Shown: one piece after another, positions 48,469 to 58,173 of the stretch
Layout: every line of letters begins with the position of its first letter
How positions within the stretch are numbered: the first letter of the stretch is position 1
Assembly: GCA_903929485.1 (NCBI GenBank)
Contig: CAIYUY010000211.1
Span: 3,770-67,769, forward strand
DNA: 64,000 bases
Origin: an uncultured Desulfuromonadales bacterium
GTDB taxonomy: Bacteria; Desulfobacterota; Desulfuromonadia; Geobacterales; CAIOGM01
Reading direction: 5' to 3'
Program-made: the position numbers and the translations under genes
The notes under the pieces: generated by a model
Seen by the model: the letters and a program-made list of their open reading frames with translations, nothing else
Databases searched by the model: none
Told to the model about the DNA's origin: nothing

Positions 48469-48926
48469 AAGCGGTTATTCAACGGGTAACCGCCGCATCG
48501 GTAGAGGTGGCGGGAGCGGTGGTAGGAACAATCGGCCCGGGAATTCTCGTGCTTTTGGGGGTGGAAAAGGGGGATGAGCAACAGGACGCCTACCGACTGG
48601 CGGAGAAGATCGTCGGTTTGAGGATCTTCGCGGATGAAGCGGGGAAGATGAACCGGTCGTTGGGGGAGATCAACGGGGAACTCCTGGCGGTCTCCCAGTT
48701 CACCCTGGCGGGAAACTGCAACAAGGGACGCCGTCCCTCCTTCGACACCGCTGCACCTCCCCAGGAAGCCGACCGGCTCTACAACTACTTTGTCCATGCG
48801 GCAAGGGGCTTCGGCATCCCGGTGGCCACCGGTATCTTTCAGACAGAGATGAGGGTGAGTCTTGTCAACGACGGCCCTGTCACCTTCATCCTGGAATCCC
48901 CATCCCGGCGAAAAGGGGTCGCATAA
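48465..48926 (+). CDS. dtd: D-aminoacyl-tRNA deacylase
   Basis: MKAVIQRV....V.V.......IG.G.LVLLGV...D.......LA.KI..LRIF.D..GKMN.S......ELL.VSQFTL...C.KG.RPSF. It shares an ATGA overlap with the rhomboid gene. Confidence 0.92.
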   Translation: MKAVIQRVTAASVEVAGAVVGTIGPGILVLLGVEKGDEQQDAYRLAEKIVGLRIFADEAGKMNRSLGEINGELLAVSQFTLAGNCNKGRRPSFDTAAPPQEADRLYNYFVHAARGFGIPVATGIFQTEMRVSLVNDGPVTFILESPSRRKGVA

Positions 48927-48987
48927 ACTGCTCCGAAAAACTTCCCTTGATTTCAAGTCATGATGAAGAGGGGGTGAAATAATGAAA

Positions 48988-49329
48988 TTACTTGAGAAAG
49001 GGATGAAGGAAGGATCTTCGGCTCCTGCTTATTCTTCCGCAGCTGGGGCAGACATATTCACGGCAAATGACAACAAAATAGAGTATTCCTGGAATTATTC
49101 CCATGAGTAACAGGAGAATCAGCGTGACACGTCTCCTCCTGCCGCGAAATGAAGAGTTAAAGACGCCGTTGTAGCCGCAGGAATAACAACTTCTGGATCG
49201 CCTTCGCCCCTTCCGGTAAGCATATATATTGGTGATAAAGATTATACCCAGCATGACGACGCTTAACAATACCAATGGAACCATTTTTAACTCTCTCCCC
49301 AAAAACTCCGGAAACTTTTTTTTCATCAT
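48988..49329 (-). CDS. LITAF-like zinc-ribbon membrane protein (tentative)
   Basis: 113 aa. CYSCG, then about 20 aa, then a hydrophobic stretch LILLLLMGIIPGILYFVV, then CPSCG. It lies in a low-GC region. Confidence 0.5.
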   Translation of the reverse strand: MMKKKFPEFLGRELKMVPLVLLSVVMLGIIFITNIYAYRKGRRRSRSCYSCGYNGVFNSSFRGRRRRVTLILLLLMGIIPGILYFVVICREYVCPSCGRISRSRRSFLHPFLK

Positions 49330-49518
49330 TTCCGAAACAAACCGGACTCATTTCAACTAAAACCGTAGCCGAAAACAGGGAGAGCAGTTTCACCGACGCC
49401 ACGCAATGATGTATCGTTTACGAAACATACCGCATCCTTTCACTCCAATCGTGTCATCCATATCACAATGAGACGGATCATATCAATCTAAAAATCAAAC
49501 TTTGTCTCTAACGGGCCG

Positions 49519-49842
49519 CTACCTTGCTCCCTCATCAACCCCCTTGGAATTGAGCCCGAAGGCTTTGGGCGCCCATTCGCCGTCTACCACCTTTATGTAA
49601 TCAACGATCCCGTACGAAACAAGGGATTGTTTGTTTTTGTCACGGGTAGCCGTCACAAATTTCCAGTCGACAAATTCAAGTCCCTCCCAAGGAGGCAGGG
49701 CATAAACTGTTTCAGAAACAGCCTCAGTCGAACCGGTAGCCGCTTTATAGATTTTTTGCTGATGATTGATCAGAAGCGGCTTTTTATAGTTAGCATACAC
49801 GAAGGGAGCTATTACGACTGCCAGAAAGATCCATTTTTTCAT
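49519..49842 (-). CDS. Hypothetical exported protein
   Basis: The ATG at 49842 is preceded by GGAGG. The signal-like N-terminus is MKKWIFLAVVIAPFVYA. I recognise no family. Confidence 0.5.
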   Translation of the reverse strand: MKKWIFLAVVIAPFVYANYKKPLLINHQQKIYKAATGSTEAVSETVYALPPWEGLEFVDWKFVTATRDKNKQSLVSYGIVDYIKVVDGEWAPKAFGLNSKGVDEGAR

Positions 49843-49929
49843 ATGATAACCTCCGAGATTATCCCTCGGGAAAGAAGACAAAGAAAGAGCCCCGAAGTCA
49901 CTGGACTTGGGGGCTCATCTCTGATAGTT

Positions 49930-50016
49930 TGGTGCCGAAGACTGGAATCGAACCAGCACGAGGAATCCCCCACCAGAACCTGAATCTGGCGCGTCTACCA
50001 ATTCCGCCACTTCGGC
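49930..50016 (-). tRNA. tRNA-Leu (anticodon CAG)
   Basis: An 87-nt class II tRNA folded by hand. It begins gccgaagtggcggaattggtagacgc, has the anticodon arm ccaga-TTCAGGT-tctgg, a long variable arm, and ends cttcggcacca. Confidence 0.88.
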
Positions 50017-50083
50017 ACGTAAAAAGATGTATATCATGAGGTCTCGACCAATGCAAGAAAATTCTGGCACGGTGAGGAGAGAT

Positions 50084-50911
50084 ATGTGCGGCAACGGACG
50101 ACGAAGGTTGCAGGTGACACTGTCAGGAAGAATAAGGATACCATGCCTGCTGGCTCTGACCCTCTCCCTGCTCCTCCCCCTGCCAAGCGGCAACGCGGCG
50201 ACTCCCGGTGATGCGCCGCCCGTGGCCACAGTCACCTCCCCTCCCCTCTTTGCTCCTTCCCTGGAATTCGACAAGCTGAATACCCTGATCCGTGACCGTC
50301 AAATTCCCAAGGAGGAGGCAAGGCGGACACTCTCTCTCCTCCTCCACCGAATCAAGGAAGAGTATTACCGGGACGGTGGAAAAACCTTTTCCCGCTCCGA
50401 CTGGATCTTTCCGCTCCGGGGATACACGGCCGCGGCGGTGGGGGAAGGCCCAGCCCACGGCTACATTCCCAAGGGGTATGATTATTACGACGGCAACCGC
50501 CACAACGGGCACCCTTCACTGGATATATTCATTCACGACAGCAACCAGGATGACCTGGACGACCGGACAGGAGAATATGTTTCGGTGCGGGCCGTTACCG
50601 GAGGGGTGGTGGTGGCGCGGGAAACATCATGGCGAAAGGGGAGCAAACTTCGGGGAGGAAAATATCTCTGGCTGTATGATCCGACCACGGACCATCTTTT
50701 CTACTATGCGCATCTGCGGGAACTCTCCGTTCAAGTCGGGACTCGGGTAGAGCCGGGCGCCCCCTTGGGCCTCGTGGGGCGAACAGGGTTGAACGCCAAC
50801 AAAACACGCTCCCCCACTCATCTTCACCTGACCTGTCTTTCCACCGCCACCCCGGGGATGCGTCCCGAAAACATCCACTCGGACCTTCTCCGAGCAAAGA
50901 ACATGAAATAA
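50084..50911 (+). CDS. M23 family (LytM-type) peptidase
   Basis: GHPSLDIF (HxxxD), YYAHL, GRTG and THLHL motifs, with a signal-like segment IPCLLALTLSLLLPLP. The start is uncertain (50027, 50036, 50051 or 50084). Confidence 0.75.
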   Translation: MCGNGRRRLQVTLSGRIRIPCLLALTLSLLLPLPSGNAATPGDAPPVATVTSPPLFAPSLEFDKLNTLIRDRQIPKEEARRTLSLLLHRIKEEYYRDGGKTFSRSDWIFPLRGYTAAAVGEGPAHGYIPKGYDYYDGNRHNGHPSLDIFIHDSNQDDLDDRTGEYVSVRAVTGGVVVARETSWRKGSKLRGGKYLWLYDPTTDHLFYYAHLRELSVQVGTRVEPGAPLGLVGRTGLNANKTRSPTHLHLTCLSTATPGMRPENIHSDLLRAKNMK

Positions 50912-50921
50912 AAGCAATTTT

Positions 50922-51809
50922 TTACCCTTTTCTCGTAATACCCCTGGCGCCGGGTTTGCGCGGCTCGGAAGGGCGGAGCGTACGCGCCTCGGTTTTCCTT
51001 GCGTCTTTCACCTCATTTCGCTGCAAAGGCTTTGTCTCATGGCGCGTGGAGTTCCCCTGTGGTTTCGGCTGCCTCACCTGGGGCGCCGTCGCCCGGGGAT
51101 CTTCCGCCAGACGCTTCGCCTCTTCCGCCGTCAGTTCCCTGAATTCCCCCGGATTGAGCCCCGCCAGATTGAGAAACCCGTACCGGTTACGCCGGAGGCG
51201 AACCACCGAAAGCCCCACAGCCTCGCACATCCGACGAACCTGACGGTGCCGTCCTTCGTGAATGGTCACGGAAATCCAGGTATTATGTTCACTCTCCTTA
51301 AGCAGGGTGACGGCGGCCGGCGCCGTACGACCATCCTCCAGGGTGACGCCGGCGGCAAGCCGGGCGACCTGGGCAGGGGAAACCCCACCCTGAACCCGCA
51401 CATGATACTCCTTGTCAATCTCGTAGCGGGGATGAGCCAAACGGTTGGCCCAGTCGCCGTCGTTGGTCAGGAGTAACAACCCTTCGCTATTATAGTCAAG
51501 CCGTCCCACGGGATACACCCGTTCCCCGATCCCCTTGAGAAGGTCGATAACGAGCGGTCGCCCCTCCGGGTCCTTCAAGGTTGTCATATACCCTGAAGGC
51601 TTATAGAGGAGAATATACCGCTTCGTGGTTGCGACGAGCAGTGGTTTGCCATCCACCACAATCATATCATGATCCGGATCGGCCTTGGTTCCCAGTTCGA
51701 CAACTACCGCGCCGTTCACCGCCACCCTGCCGGCGGTAATCATGGTTTCAGCCTGGCGCCGGGAGGCGATTCCGGCTTGGGACAACAGTTTCTGCAAACG
51801 TTCCTGCAT
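50922..51809 (-). CDS. rluB: 23S rRNA pseudouridine synthase, RluB type
   Basis: S4 domain RLQKLLSQAGIASRRQAE..I..GRV.VNG, catalytic GRLDYNSEGLLLLTNDG, and a basic C-terminal tail. Confidence 0.85.
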   Translation of the reverse strand: MQERLQKLLSQAGIASRRQAETMITAGRVAVNGAVVVELGTKADPDHDMIVVDGKPLLVATTKRYILLYKPSGYMTTLKDPEGRPLVIDLLKGIGERVYPVGRLDYNSEGLLLLTNDGDWANRLAHPRYEIDKEYHVRVQGGVSPAQVARLAAGVTLEDGRTAPAAVTLLKESEHNTWISVTIHEGRHRQVRRMCEAVGLSVVRLRRNRYGFLNLAGLNPGEFRELTAEEAKRLAEDPRATAPQVRQPKPQGNSTRHETKPLQRNEVKDARKTEARTLRPSEPRKPGARGITRKG

Positions 51810-52098
51810 AAGGACTCCCAAAAAACAAAGTCAAGGTTTCAGGCCAAGGTTTCAAAAACCCTTTCCAGCTCCTTGACCTTGAACGTAAAGCGCCTCTTCC
51901 TCGGCTTGCGCCGGGAAGCGCGACAATTCAAAAAAATTCGTCAACAGTCCCAAGTAAATGTTTTTCAGCCATGGTTAACCCGGAGCTTTGCACCTGCAAG
52001 ACTCTGTTTAGCGCCGGTTTCGACAAAAATAATCAAGCTAGCCTATCACGTAACCGTGCAGCGGTGCAACAGATTAAACATAAACACTTTCAATAAAT

Positions 52099-52123
52099 AT
52101 GAAAATTATTTAAAAATTTTCAT
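52099..52123. promoter_or_regulatory. Perfect inverted repeat ATGAAAATT-N7-AATTTTCAT (candidate operator)
   Basis: Read directly from the sequence, in an AT-rich region 66 nt upstream of the small ORF at 52189. Confidence 0.5.
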
Positions 52124-52188
52124 TGCATATTGACAATTTTTTTCATACTATCTCTCTCGCGGAACACCACACGAGAAGGAGGAAACTC

Positions 52189-52356
52189 ATGGGATATGCG
52201 GAGGGAGCGAAGGTAAGAATCAAATCGACGGGAGAGGCAGCGGAAGTGCTGTTTGATTGGCGGGAGGTTCCAGGTAATGAGGACGACGCTTTCCCCGTGG
52301 AATTAAGGGGATATGATGACGGCTTCGCCGCCGAGGAAGTGGAACTGATGAGGTAG
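52189..52356 (+). CDS. Small acidic hypothetical protein (55 aa)
   Basis: A strong RBS (GAAGGAGGA) lies 6 nt before the ATG, and the ORF is followed by a terminator hairpin. I recognise no family. Confidence 0.5.
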   Translation: MGYAEGAKVRIKSTGEAAEVLFDWREVPGNEDDAFPVELRGYDDGFAAEEVELMR

Positions 52357-52377
52357 GGAAACAGCTTAATCACAAGA

Positions 52378-52411
52378 GAAAAGCCTCTGCTACCCACGGA
52401 GGCTTTTCTTT
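52378..52411. terminator. Bidirectional terminator hairpin between convergent small ORFs
   Basis: Perfect 10-bp stem gaaaagcctc / gaggcttttc with an 11-nt loop. T-rich sequence follows on both strands. Confidence 0.65.
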
Positions 52412-52423
52412 CAATGGCACTGT

Positions 52424-52627
52424 TTACCGGTTGACCGGCAATTCACCGGCCTGCGTCAGCTTTGCTCGATCAGGATGAATGCATAAATTGAAATCCAGGC
52501 CAAACAGGATCAAATGATTGCAAACATACGGTTCGTCCACCAGACACTGATACGCGTTACACTCTCCCTCGAAATAAAGATGAGTCTGGCAAATCCGTTC
52601 GTCGGGCAATAGTGCTTCATTATTCAT
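52424..52627 (-). CDS. Small Cys-rich hypothetical protein (67 aa)
   Basis: The ATG at 52627 is preceded by GAGGTG. The ORF contains six Cys residues and lies in a low-GC region downstream of accA. Coding status is uncertain. Confidence 0.35.
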   Translation of the reverse strand: MNNEALLPDERICQTHLYFEGECNAYQCLVDEPYVCNHLILFGLDFNLCIHPDRAKLTQAGELPVNR

Positions 52628-52699
52628 GTGACACCTCGAATGTGATGTCACGCAAGAATACTTAAAAAAAACAAACGTGTCAATATATATTCATTACAT

Positions 52700-53653
52700 C
52701 TAAAGCTCCGTGAATCGCGACATCTTACGGAACTTGTCATACCGCTGCTGAACCAACTCCTCCGGAGTAAGTTTTTGTAACTCCCGCAGGTTGCGGCTAA
52801 GAGCTTCAGCCAAACTCGCGGAGATGGCGGCATAGTCACCATGAGCACCACCGATGGGTTCCGTGACGATCTCGTCTATGACCTCCAACTCTTTGATATC
52901 CCGAGCCGTCAGTTTGAGCGCCTCGGCAGCCTGTGGCCCCTTGGTTCCATCGGACCAGAGGATAGCGGCGCACCCTTCGGGAGAGATGACGGCATAGACG
53001 GAAAATTCCAGCATGAGAATCCGATCCCCCACGGCAATGGCCAGCGCACCGCCGGAGCCCCCCTCACCGGTAACACAGACGATAATGGGAACCCGAAGAC
53101 GTGACATCTCCCGAAGATTGCGGGCAATAGCCTCGGCCTGCCCCCGCTCCTCGGCGCCGATGCCGGGGAAGGCGCCGGGGGTATCCACAAAGGTAATGAT
53201 GGGAAGATTAAACCGCTCCGCCATTTCCATGAGACGCAGCGCCTTACGATACCCTTCCGGGTTCGGCATGCCGAAGTTGCGAAAAACCTTATCCTTGGTG
53301 TCGCGCCCCTTCTGATGACCGATGACCATGACCGGTTCACCGTTCAACCGAGCCGGACCAGCCACGATGGCATGATCATCGCCGTAAAGCCGGTCACCAT
53401 GGAGTTCGGTGAAGTCGGTAAAGATCCGTCCGAGATAATCAAGCGCATAGGGACGATTGGGATGACGCGCCACCTGGGCGGTCTGCCACCGGGTCAGGTT
53501 GGCGAAAATTTCTTTCCGCATCTGCTCAGCCATCTTCTCCAGCGTGGCGATTTCCGTCTGAAGCAGTTCGGGAGAAACAGCCATCAGCTCCCGAATCTTT
53601 TTTTCCAGCTCGACTACCGGTTTTTCAAATTCCAGATAAAATGGCGTCGCCAT
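52700..53653 (-). CDS. accA: Acetyl-CoA carboxylase carboxyltransferase subunit alpha
   Basis: 317 aa with LEFEKP..ELE.KI.EL...RHP.RPY.LDY....F..F.ELHGDR...D.AIV.G.A...G.PV..IGHQKG and FVDTPGA.PG. Confidence 0.95.
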   Translation of the reverse strand: MATPFYLEFEKPVVELEKKIRELMAVSPELLQTEIATLEKMAEQMRKEIFANLTRWQTAQVARHPNRPYALDYLGRIFTDFTELHGDRLYGDDHAIVAGPARLNGEPVMVIGHQKGRDTKDKVFRNFGMPNPEGYRKALRLMEMAERFNLPIITFVDTPGAFPGIGAEERGQAEAIARNLREMSRLRVPIIVCVTGEGGSGGALAIAVGDRILMLEFSVYAVISPEGCAAILWSDGTKGPQAAEALKLTARDIKELEVIDEIVTEPIGGAHGDYAAISASLAEALSRNLRELQKLTPEELVQQRYDKFRKMSRFTEL

Positions 53654-53675
53654 GGGGAAGCTCCTTTACTCCTTA

Positions 53676-56600
53676 TCATTCGAAACGAACGGCATTATAC
53701 CCGAAAAGTCTCTCAACCTCCACCGATAAATCTTCGGAGGCGGAAACAGCAAGAGAAGGAAGCGGCATGACCCCCGGCGGCATCTCCCCCAACTGAAAAT
53801 GGAGGAATGTCCGGCAACCGCCCGGATAGCGCTTGAGGAGATCCCTGAGCAGTTCCAGCTGATTCCGCCCCAACTCTTCCTTCAGGGTTACATGGACCCT
53901 GGTGGTCTGCCGGGCATTGGCGTCCCGCAGCAGTACGATCTCGGTAGCCTTGATTTTACAGCTCTCTTCCCCTATTTCCACGGTGCCGCTGACCAGAATC
54001 GGTTCGTCGGACTTGATGGCCGGCGCGGCGGCGGCAAAGGTATCGGGGAAAACCATCACCTCCACGGAGCCGCACCTGTCCTCCAGGGAGAAAAAGGCCA
54101 TCCGGTCTCCCCGCTTGGTCATCTTCTCCGAAAGCGACGCCACGATGCCGCAGAGCTTCACGGTGCTCTTGTCGGGACGCTCGGCAAGGGTCGCCGTGGT
54201 CACCGAGCTGAACTTCTTGGTCTCCTCGCCGTACCGGTCCAGGGGATGCCCGGTGATATAAAACCCCAGCGCCTCTTTTTCAAAGGCCAGGAGTTCACGG
54301 GAGGTCCATTCGGGGAGATCAGGGATCTGCCCCCCCCCCGCGCCATTCCCCCGAACGATCTCCGCCGCGCCGAAGAGGGATACCTGAGCGCTCTCCTTTT
54401 CCCTCTGCATCTTCTGCCCGAAATCCATGGCGTATTCCAGGCCGCCCACCATGGCGGCCCGCTTCTCCACCGTGGAGTCGAAGGCGCCGCACTTGATGAG
54501 CGATTCTACTACCCGCTTGTTCACCCGTCGCAAATCCACCCGCTGGCAGAAGTCGAAGAGCCCCGCGAAGGGGGTCACCCCACGCGCCTCTATGATCGCC
54601 TCGATGGCCCCGGTCCCCACATTCTTCACCGCCCCCAGACCGAAACGGATGGCATGCTCCATGACCAGGAAGGAGCGATCCGAGGCGTTGATATCCGGGG
54701 GGAGGACCTGGATCCCCATGTCGCGACAGTCGCTGATACTCTTGATGATCTTGTCGGTATTCCCCATGTCCTCGGTGAGAAGCGCCGCCAGGAACTCCAC
54801 CGGGTAGTGGGCCTTCAGATAAGCGGTCTGATACGCGATGAGGGCATAGGCGGCGGAGTGAGACTTGTTGAAACCGTATTCGGCAAACTTGGCCATGAGG
54901 TCGAAGATCGCCCCCGCCTTCTTCAGGTCGGTCCCCTGCTCCTTCGCTCCCGCCAGAAAAGTATCCCGCTGTTTGGCCATCTCCGCGGCGTCCTTCTTCC
55001 CCATGGCCCGCCGGAGGAGGTCCGCGCCCCCCAGGGAGTACCCTCCCAGGGTCCGGGCGATCTGCATGACCTGCTCCTGGTAGACGATGACCCCGTAAGT
55101 ATCCTTGAGGATCGGCTCCAGTTGGGGGAGGTCATAGACCACGCTCTTTCGGCCATGCTTCCGATCGATAAAATCGTCCACCATCCCGGAACCCAGCGGA
55201 CCGGGACGGTACAGGGCGCAGGCGGCGATGACATCCTCGAAGCAGGAAGGCTTCAGCTTGACCAGCATCTCCTTCATGCCGCTGGACTCCAGCTGGAAGA
55301 TCCCCGTGGTGTTCCCCACCGAGATCAGGTCATAGCTGGCCTTGTCATCATCAGCCAGGATGGAGATATCAAACTTGGGGTCCTTCCCCACCCGGATCAG
55401 CTTCACCGCGTTGTCAATGACCGTCAGGTTTTTCAGTCCCAGGAAGTCGAATTTGACCAGCCCGATCTTCTCCACGTACTTCATGGAGAACTGAGTCGTC
55501 AGCGCCCCGGTCTTCTGGTCCTTGTAGACCGGACAAAAATCTTCCAGGTCCGACGGCGCCACCACCACCCCGGCGGCATGAGTTGAGGCATGGCGAGCCA
55601 ACCCCTCCAGGCAGAGAGCGATCTCCAGCAGGTTCTTCACCCGGGGATCCGCCGCGGCCATCTCCTTGATCTTCGGTTCCTGTTTCAATGCCTCCTGCAG
55701 GGTGATATTGAGGACATTGGGGACCAATTTGGAGATCTTGTCCACCTCGCTGTAGGCCATGTCCAGAACACGCCCCACATCGCGGATGACCGCCTTGGCC
55801 TTCATGGTTCCGAAGGTGATGATCTGACAGACCCGGTTCCGGCCATACTTCTCGGTGACATACTGAATCACCTCTTCCCGGCGGTCCTGACAGAAGTCCA
55901 CGTCGATATCAGGCATGGAGATACGTTCCGGGTTGAGAAACCGTTCAAAGAGGAGGTTATAGGGGAGCGGGTCGATGTCGGTGATCCTGATGGAATAGGC
56001 GACCAGGGAGCCGGCCGCCGAACCGCGCCCCGGCCCCACGGGAATCCCCTGGTCCTTGGCCCAATTAATAAAATCGGCCACGATGAGAAAGTAGCCGGGA
56101 AACCCCATCTGCTTGATACAGTCCAGTTCAATCCGGAGTCGATCGTAATACGCCTTTTCGTCCGCTTCCTTGAAGTTTGGGTACTTGATCCTGATGGCGG
56201 GAAACCGCCCGCGAAGACCCTCCAGGGCCGCTTCTTCCAGCTCCTCATCCAGGGACTTCCCCTGGGGGGGGATGTACTGAGGAAAATGGTAGCTCTTGAA
56301 GTCGAACTCCACGTTGCACCGCTCGGCCACCGTCACCGTATTGGCCAGCGCCTGGGGAGCGTAGGCAAAGGCCGCGGCCATCTCCTGTGGGGACTTGAAG
56401 TAGAACTCGTCGGCGGAAAATTTCATCCGGTGCGGATCCGACATGGTCTTCCCCGTCTGGAGGCAAAGGAGCGCCTCGTGGGCCTTGGCGTCGGAGCGGT
56501 TCAGGTAGTGGCAGTCGTTGGTAGCCACCAAGGGAAGCCCCAGCTCCCGAGCCAATTCCAGGAGTCGTTCATTGACTGTCGTCTGTTCCTGCAGGGTGTT

Positions 56601-57140
56601 CTCCTGAAGTTCCAGATAGTAGCGGTCCGGGAAGAGCCGGGCATACCACTGGGCCGTCTCCCGGGCAGCCTCCATCCGGTCCCGGAGACAGTGGGAAGCC
56701 ACCTCCCCCTTGAGGCAGGCGGAAAGGGCGATAAGCCCCTCACTGTACTTCTCCAGAACCTCCTTATCGATGCGGGGTTTGTAGTAGAACCCTTCCTTGA
56801 AACCGATGGAGACCAGCCTGGAGAGGTTGCGATACCCCTGGATATTCTCGCAGAGGAGGATCAGATGGTTATTGGTGGGGACATTACTGTTGGCGTAATC
56901 CCGGTTGAAGCGGGAGTCGGGGGCGATGTAGACCTCGGCGCCGATGACCGGCCGGATTCCCCCCTTCTGGCAGGCGGCATGAAACTCCAGGGCGCCGAAC
57001 ATGGTGCCGTGGTCGGTGAGCGCCACCGACGACATGCCATACTCCTTGGTTTTCTTGACCAGATCGTCCAGCCGGATGGCGCCGTCCAGAAGGGAGTACT
57101 GGGAATGGAGGTGGAGATGGGCAAAGGGAGGCTGGCTCAT
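53676..57140 (-). CDS. dnaE: DNA polymerase III subunit alpha
   Basis: 1154 aa with the PHP N-terminus FAHLHLHSQYSLLDGA, plus PGRGSAAGSLVAY and DIDVDF motifs. Confidence 0.96.
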   Translation of the reverse strand: MSQPPFAHLHLHSQYSLLDGAIRLDDLVKKTKEYGMSSVALTDHGTMFGALEFHAACQKGGIRPVIGAEVYIAPDSRFNRDYANSNVPTNNHLILLCENIQGYRNLSRLVSIGFKEGFYYKPRIDKEVLEKYSEGLIALSACLKGEVASHCLRDRMEAARETAQWYARLFPDRYYLELQENTLQEQTTVNERLLELARELGLPLVATNDCHYLNRSDAKAHEALLCLQTGKTMSDPHRMKFSADEFYFKSPQEMAAAFAYAPQALANTVTVAERCNVEFDFKSYHFPQYIPPQGKSLDEELEEAALEGLRGRFPAIRIKYPNFKEADEKAYYDRLRIELDCIKQMGFPGYFLIVADFINWAKDQGIPVGPGRGSAAGSLVAYSIRITDIDPLPYNLLFERFLNPERISMPDIDVDFCQDRREEVIQYVTEKYGRNRVCQIITFGTMKAKAVIRDVGRVLDMAYSEVDKISKLVPNVLNITLQEALKQEPKIKEMAAADPRVKNLLEIALCLEGLARHASTHAAGVVVAPSDLEDFCPVYKDQKTGALTTQFSMKYVEKIGLVKFDFLGLKNLTVIDNAVKLIRVGKDPKFDISILADDDKASYDLISVGNTTGIFQLESSGMKEMLVKLKPSCFEDVIAACALYRPGPLGSGMVDDFIDRKHGRKSVVYDLPQLEPILKDTYGVIVYQEQVMQIARTLGGYSLGGADLLRRAMGKKDAAEMAKQRDTFLAGAKEQGTDLKKAGAIFDLMAKFAEYGFNKSHSAAYALIAYQTAYLKAHYPVEFLAALLTEDMGNTDKIIKSISDCRDMGIQVLPPDINASDRSFLVMEHAIRFGLGAVKNVGTGAIEAIIEARGVTPFAGLFDFCQRVDLRRVNKRVVESLIKCGAFDSTVEKRAAMVGGLEYAMDFGQKMQREKESAQVSLFGAAEIVRGNGAGGGQIPDLPEWTSRELLAFEKEALGFYITGHPLDRYGEETKKFSSVTTATLAERPDKSTVKLCGIVASLSEKMTKRGDRMAFFSLEDRCGSVEVMVFPDTFAAAAPAIKSDEPILVSGTVEIGEESCKIKATEIVLLRDANARQTTRVHVTLKEELGRNQLELLRDLLKRYPGGCRTFLHFQLGEMPPGVMPLPSLAVSASEDLSVEVERLFGYNAVRFE

Positions 57141-57357
57141 GACGCTCCTGTCGCAACGCGGAACGCCCCGGAGGGGGCGCCGCGGCGGTTAGGTGTAAAG
57201 ACAAACTGTGTTCGGGAAAAGAAGCGGTGAGCTCCGGGAAGGTTGGCAAGCGGAACTGGTCCGGAGTATGTCACAAAGCGGTGGAGGGTGTCAATGGAGG
57301 AGAAAGGATAAGGGATCCTCCCTTTCAGCTCTTCAAACTCTTGTAGAACTCCCCTCC

Positions 57358-58173
57358 CTACGCGCTCCGGCTCTGATAGTCATTAAAGAACTGCTTGACC
57401 TTGACGATATACTGCTGGGTCTCCTTGGGGAGCCCCCCCTTCTTCCGATCCAGATTTCCCGGCCCCCAGTTGTACGCGGCAAGCGCCTTGTCCACGTCGC
57501 CGCCGTACCTGTTCAGCAGGTTCTTGAGGAAACGGGTTCCCGCCATGATGTTCTGTTCCGGGTCGAAGGGATTCTTCACCCCCATGTCGGAACTGGTTCC
57601 CGGCATGAGCTGCATGAGCCCCTGAGCACCCGCGGGAGAAACCGCGGTGGGGCTAAAGTCACTCTCGGCATGAATCACCGCCTTGATGAGCCCCGGCTCC
57701 ACGCCGTACCGTTTGGAAGCCCGTGCGATGTGTTGGGAAAGAGCCTCCCCCTTTCCGGACAGGGAGGAGACAACAGGAGGAGCGGCCATCGGAAGAGCAA
57801 TGTCGGAAGAGGCGGAAACAGTCGCCGTCGATGCGTCAGGCTGAACTTCACTGGGAACGTCAGGGGGAACGTCAGCGTTTTGACTCCCCGGTTCAAGAGA
57901 AAAGAGCACGTCAGGCAAGCGGGTAGTCCCCGCCGAACCGGAAGCCTCCCCCCCCGTGAAGGCTTCGCGCATCATCTTCAGATGTGCAATCTCGGCATTC
58001 TGGGCAGCCAGAGCGGGAGTGGTGACGACTTCTTTCCTGGCCGCCGCGGCGTCCAAATTAGTGTCAAAAGTCGACGCCCTGGCAAAAACATTGGGCGTCT
58101 TGACGCCGTCCTGTTCCGCCCATTTGCGAATAACCGATAACGCATTATGTGTGGCGGTAAAATTCATCTCCAT
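57358..58173 (-). CDS. Lytic transglycosylase (SLT) domain protein
   Basis: The C-terminal SLT domain reads [32 protein letters not shown]...[10 protein letters not shown] see no obvious N-terminal signal peptide. Confidence 0.8.
   Translation of the reverse strand: MEMNFTATHNALSVIRKWAEQDGVKTPNVFARASTFDTNLDAAAARKEVVTTPALAAQNAEIAHLKMMREAFTGGEASGSAGTTRLPDVLFSLEPGSQNADVPPDVPSEVQPDASTATVSASSDIALPMAAPPVVSSLSGKGEALSQHIARASKRYGVEPGLIKAVIHAESDFSPTAVSPAGAQGLMQLMPGTSSDMGVKNPFDPEQNIMAGTRFLKNLLNRYGGDVDKALAAYNWGPGNLDRKKGGLPKETQQYIVKVKQFFNDYQSRSA

Noticed and set aside
52130-52158. TTGACA hexamer as the -35 of a promoter for the 55-aa ORF.
   Set aside because: No acceptable -10 hexamer lies at 16-18 nt spacing; the best candidates are at 10 or 13 nt. 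I therefore did not call it as a promoter.
53799-57230. Two very long plus-strand ORFs (595 and 546 aa) opposite dnaE.
   Set aside because: dnaE on the minus strand has unmistakable Pol III alpha motifs. The antisense ORFs have low-complexity, Gly/Pro/Arg/Leu-rich composition, which is typical of stop-codon-poor shadow frames in GC-rich DNA.
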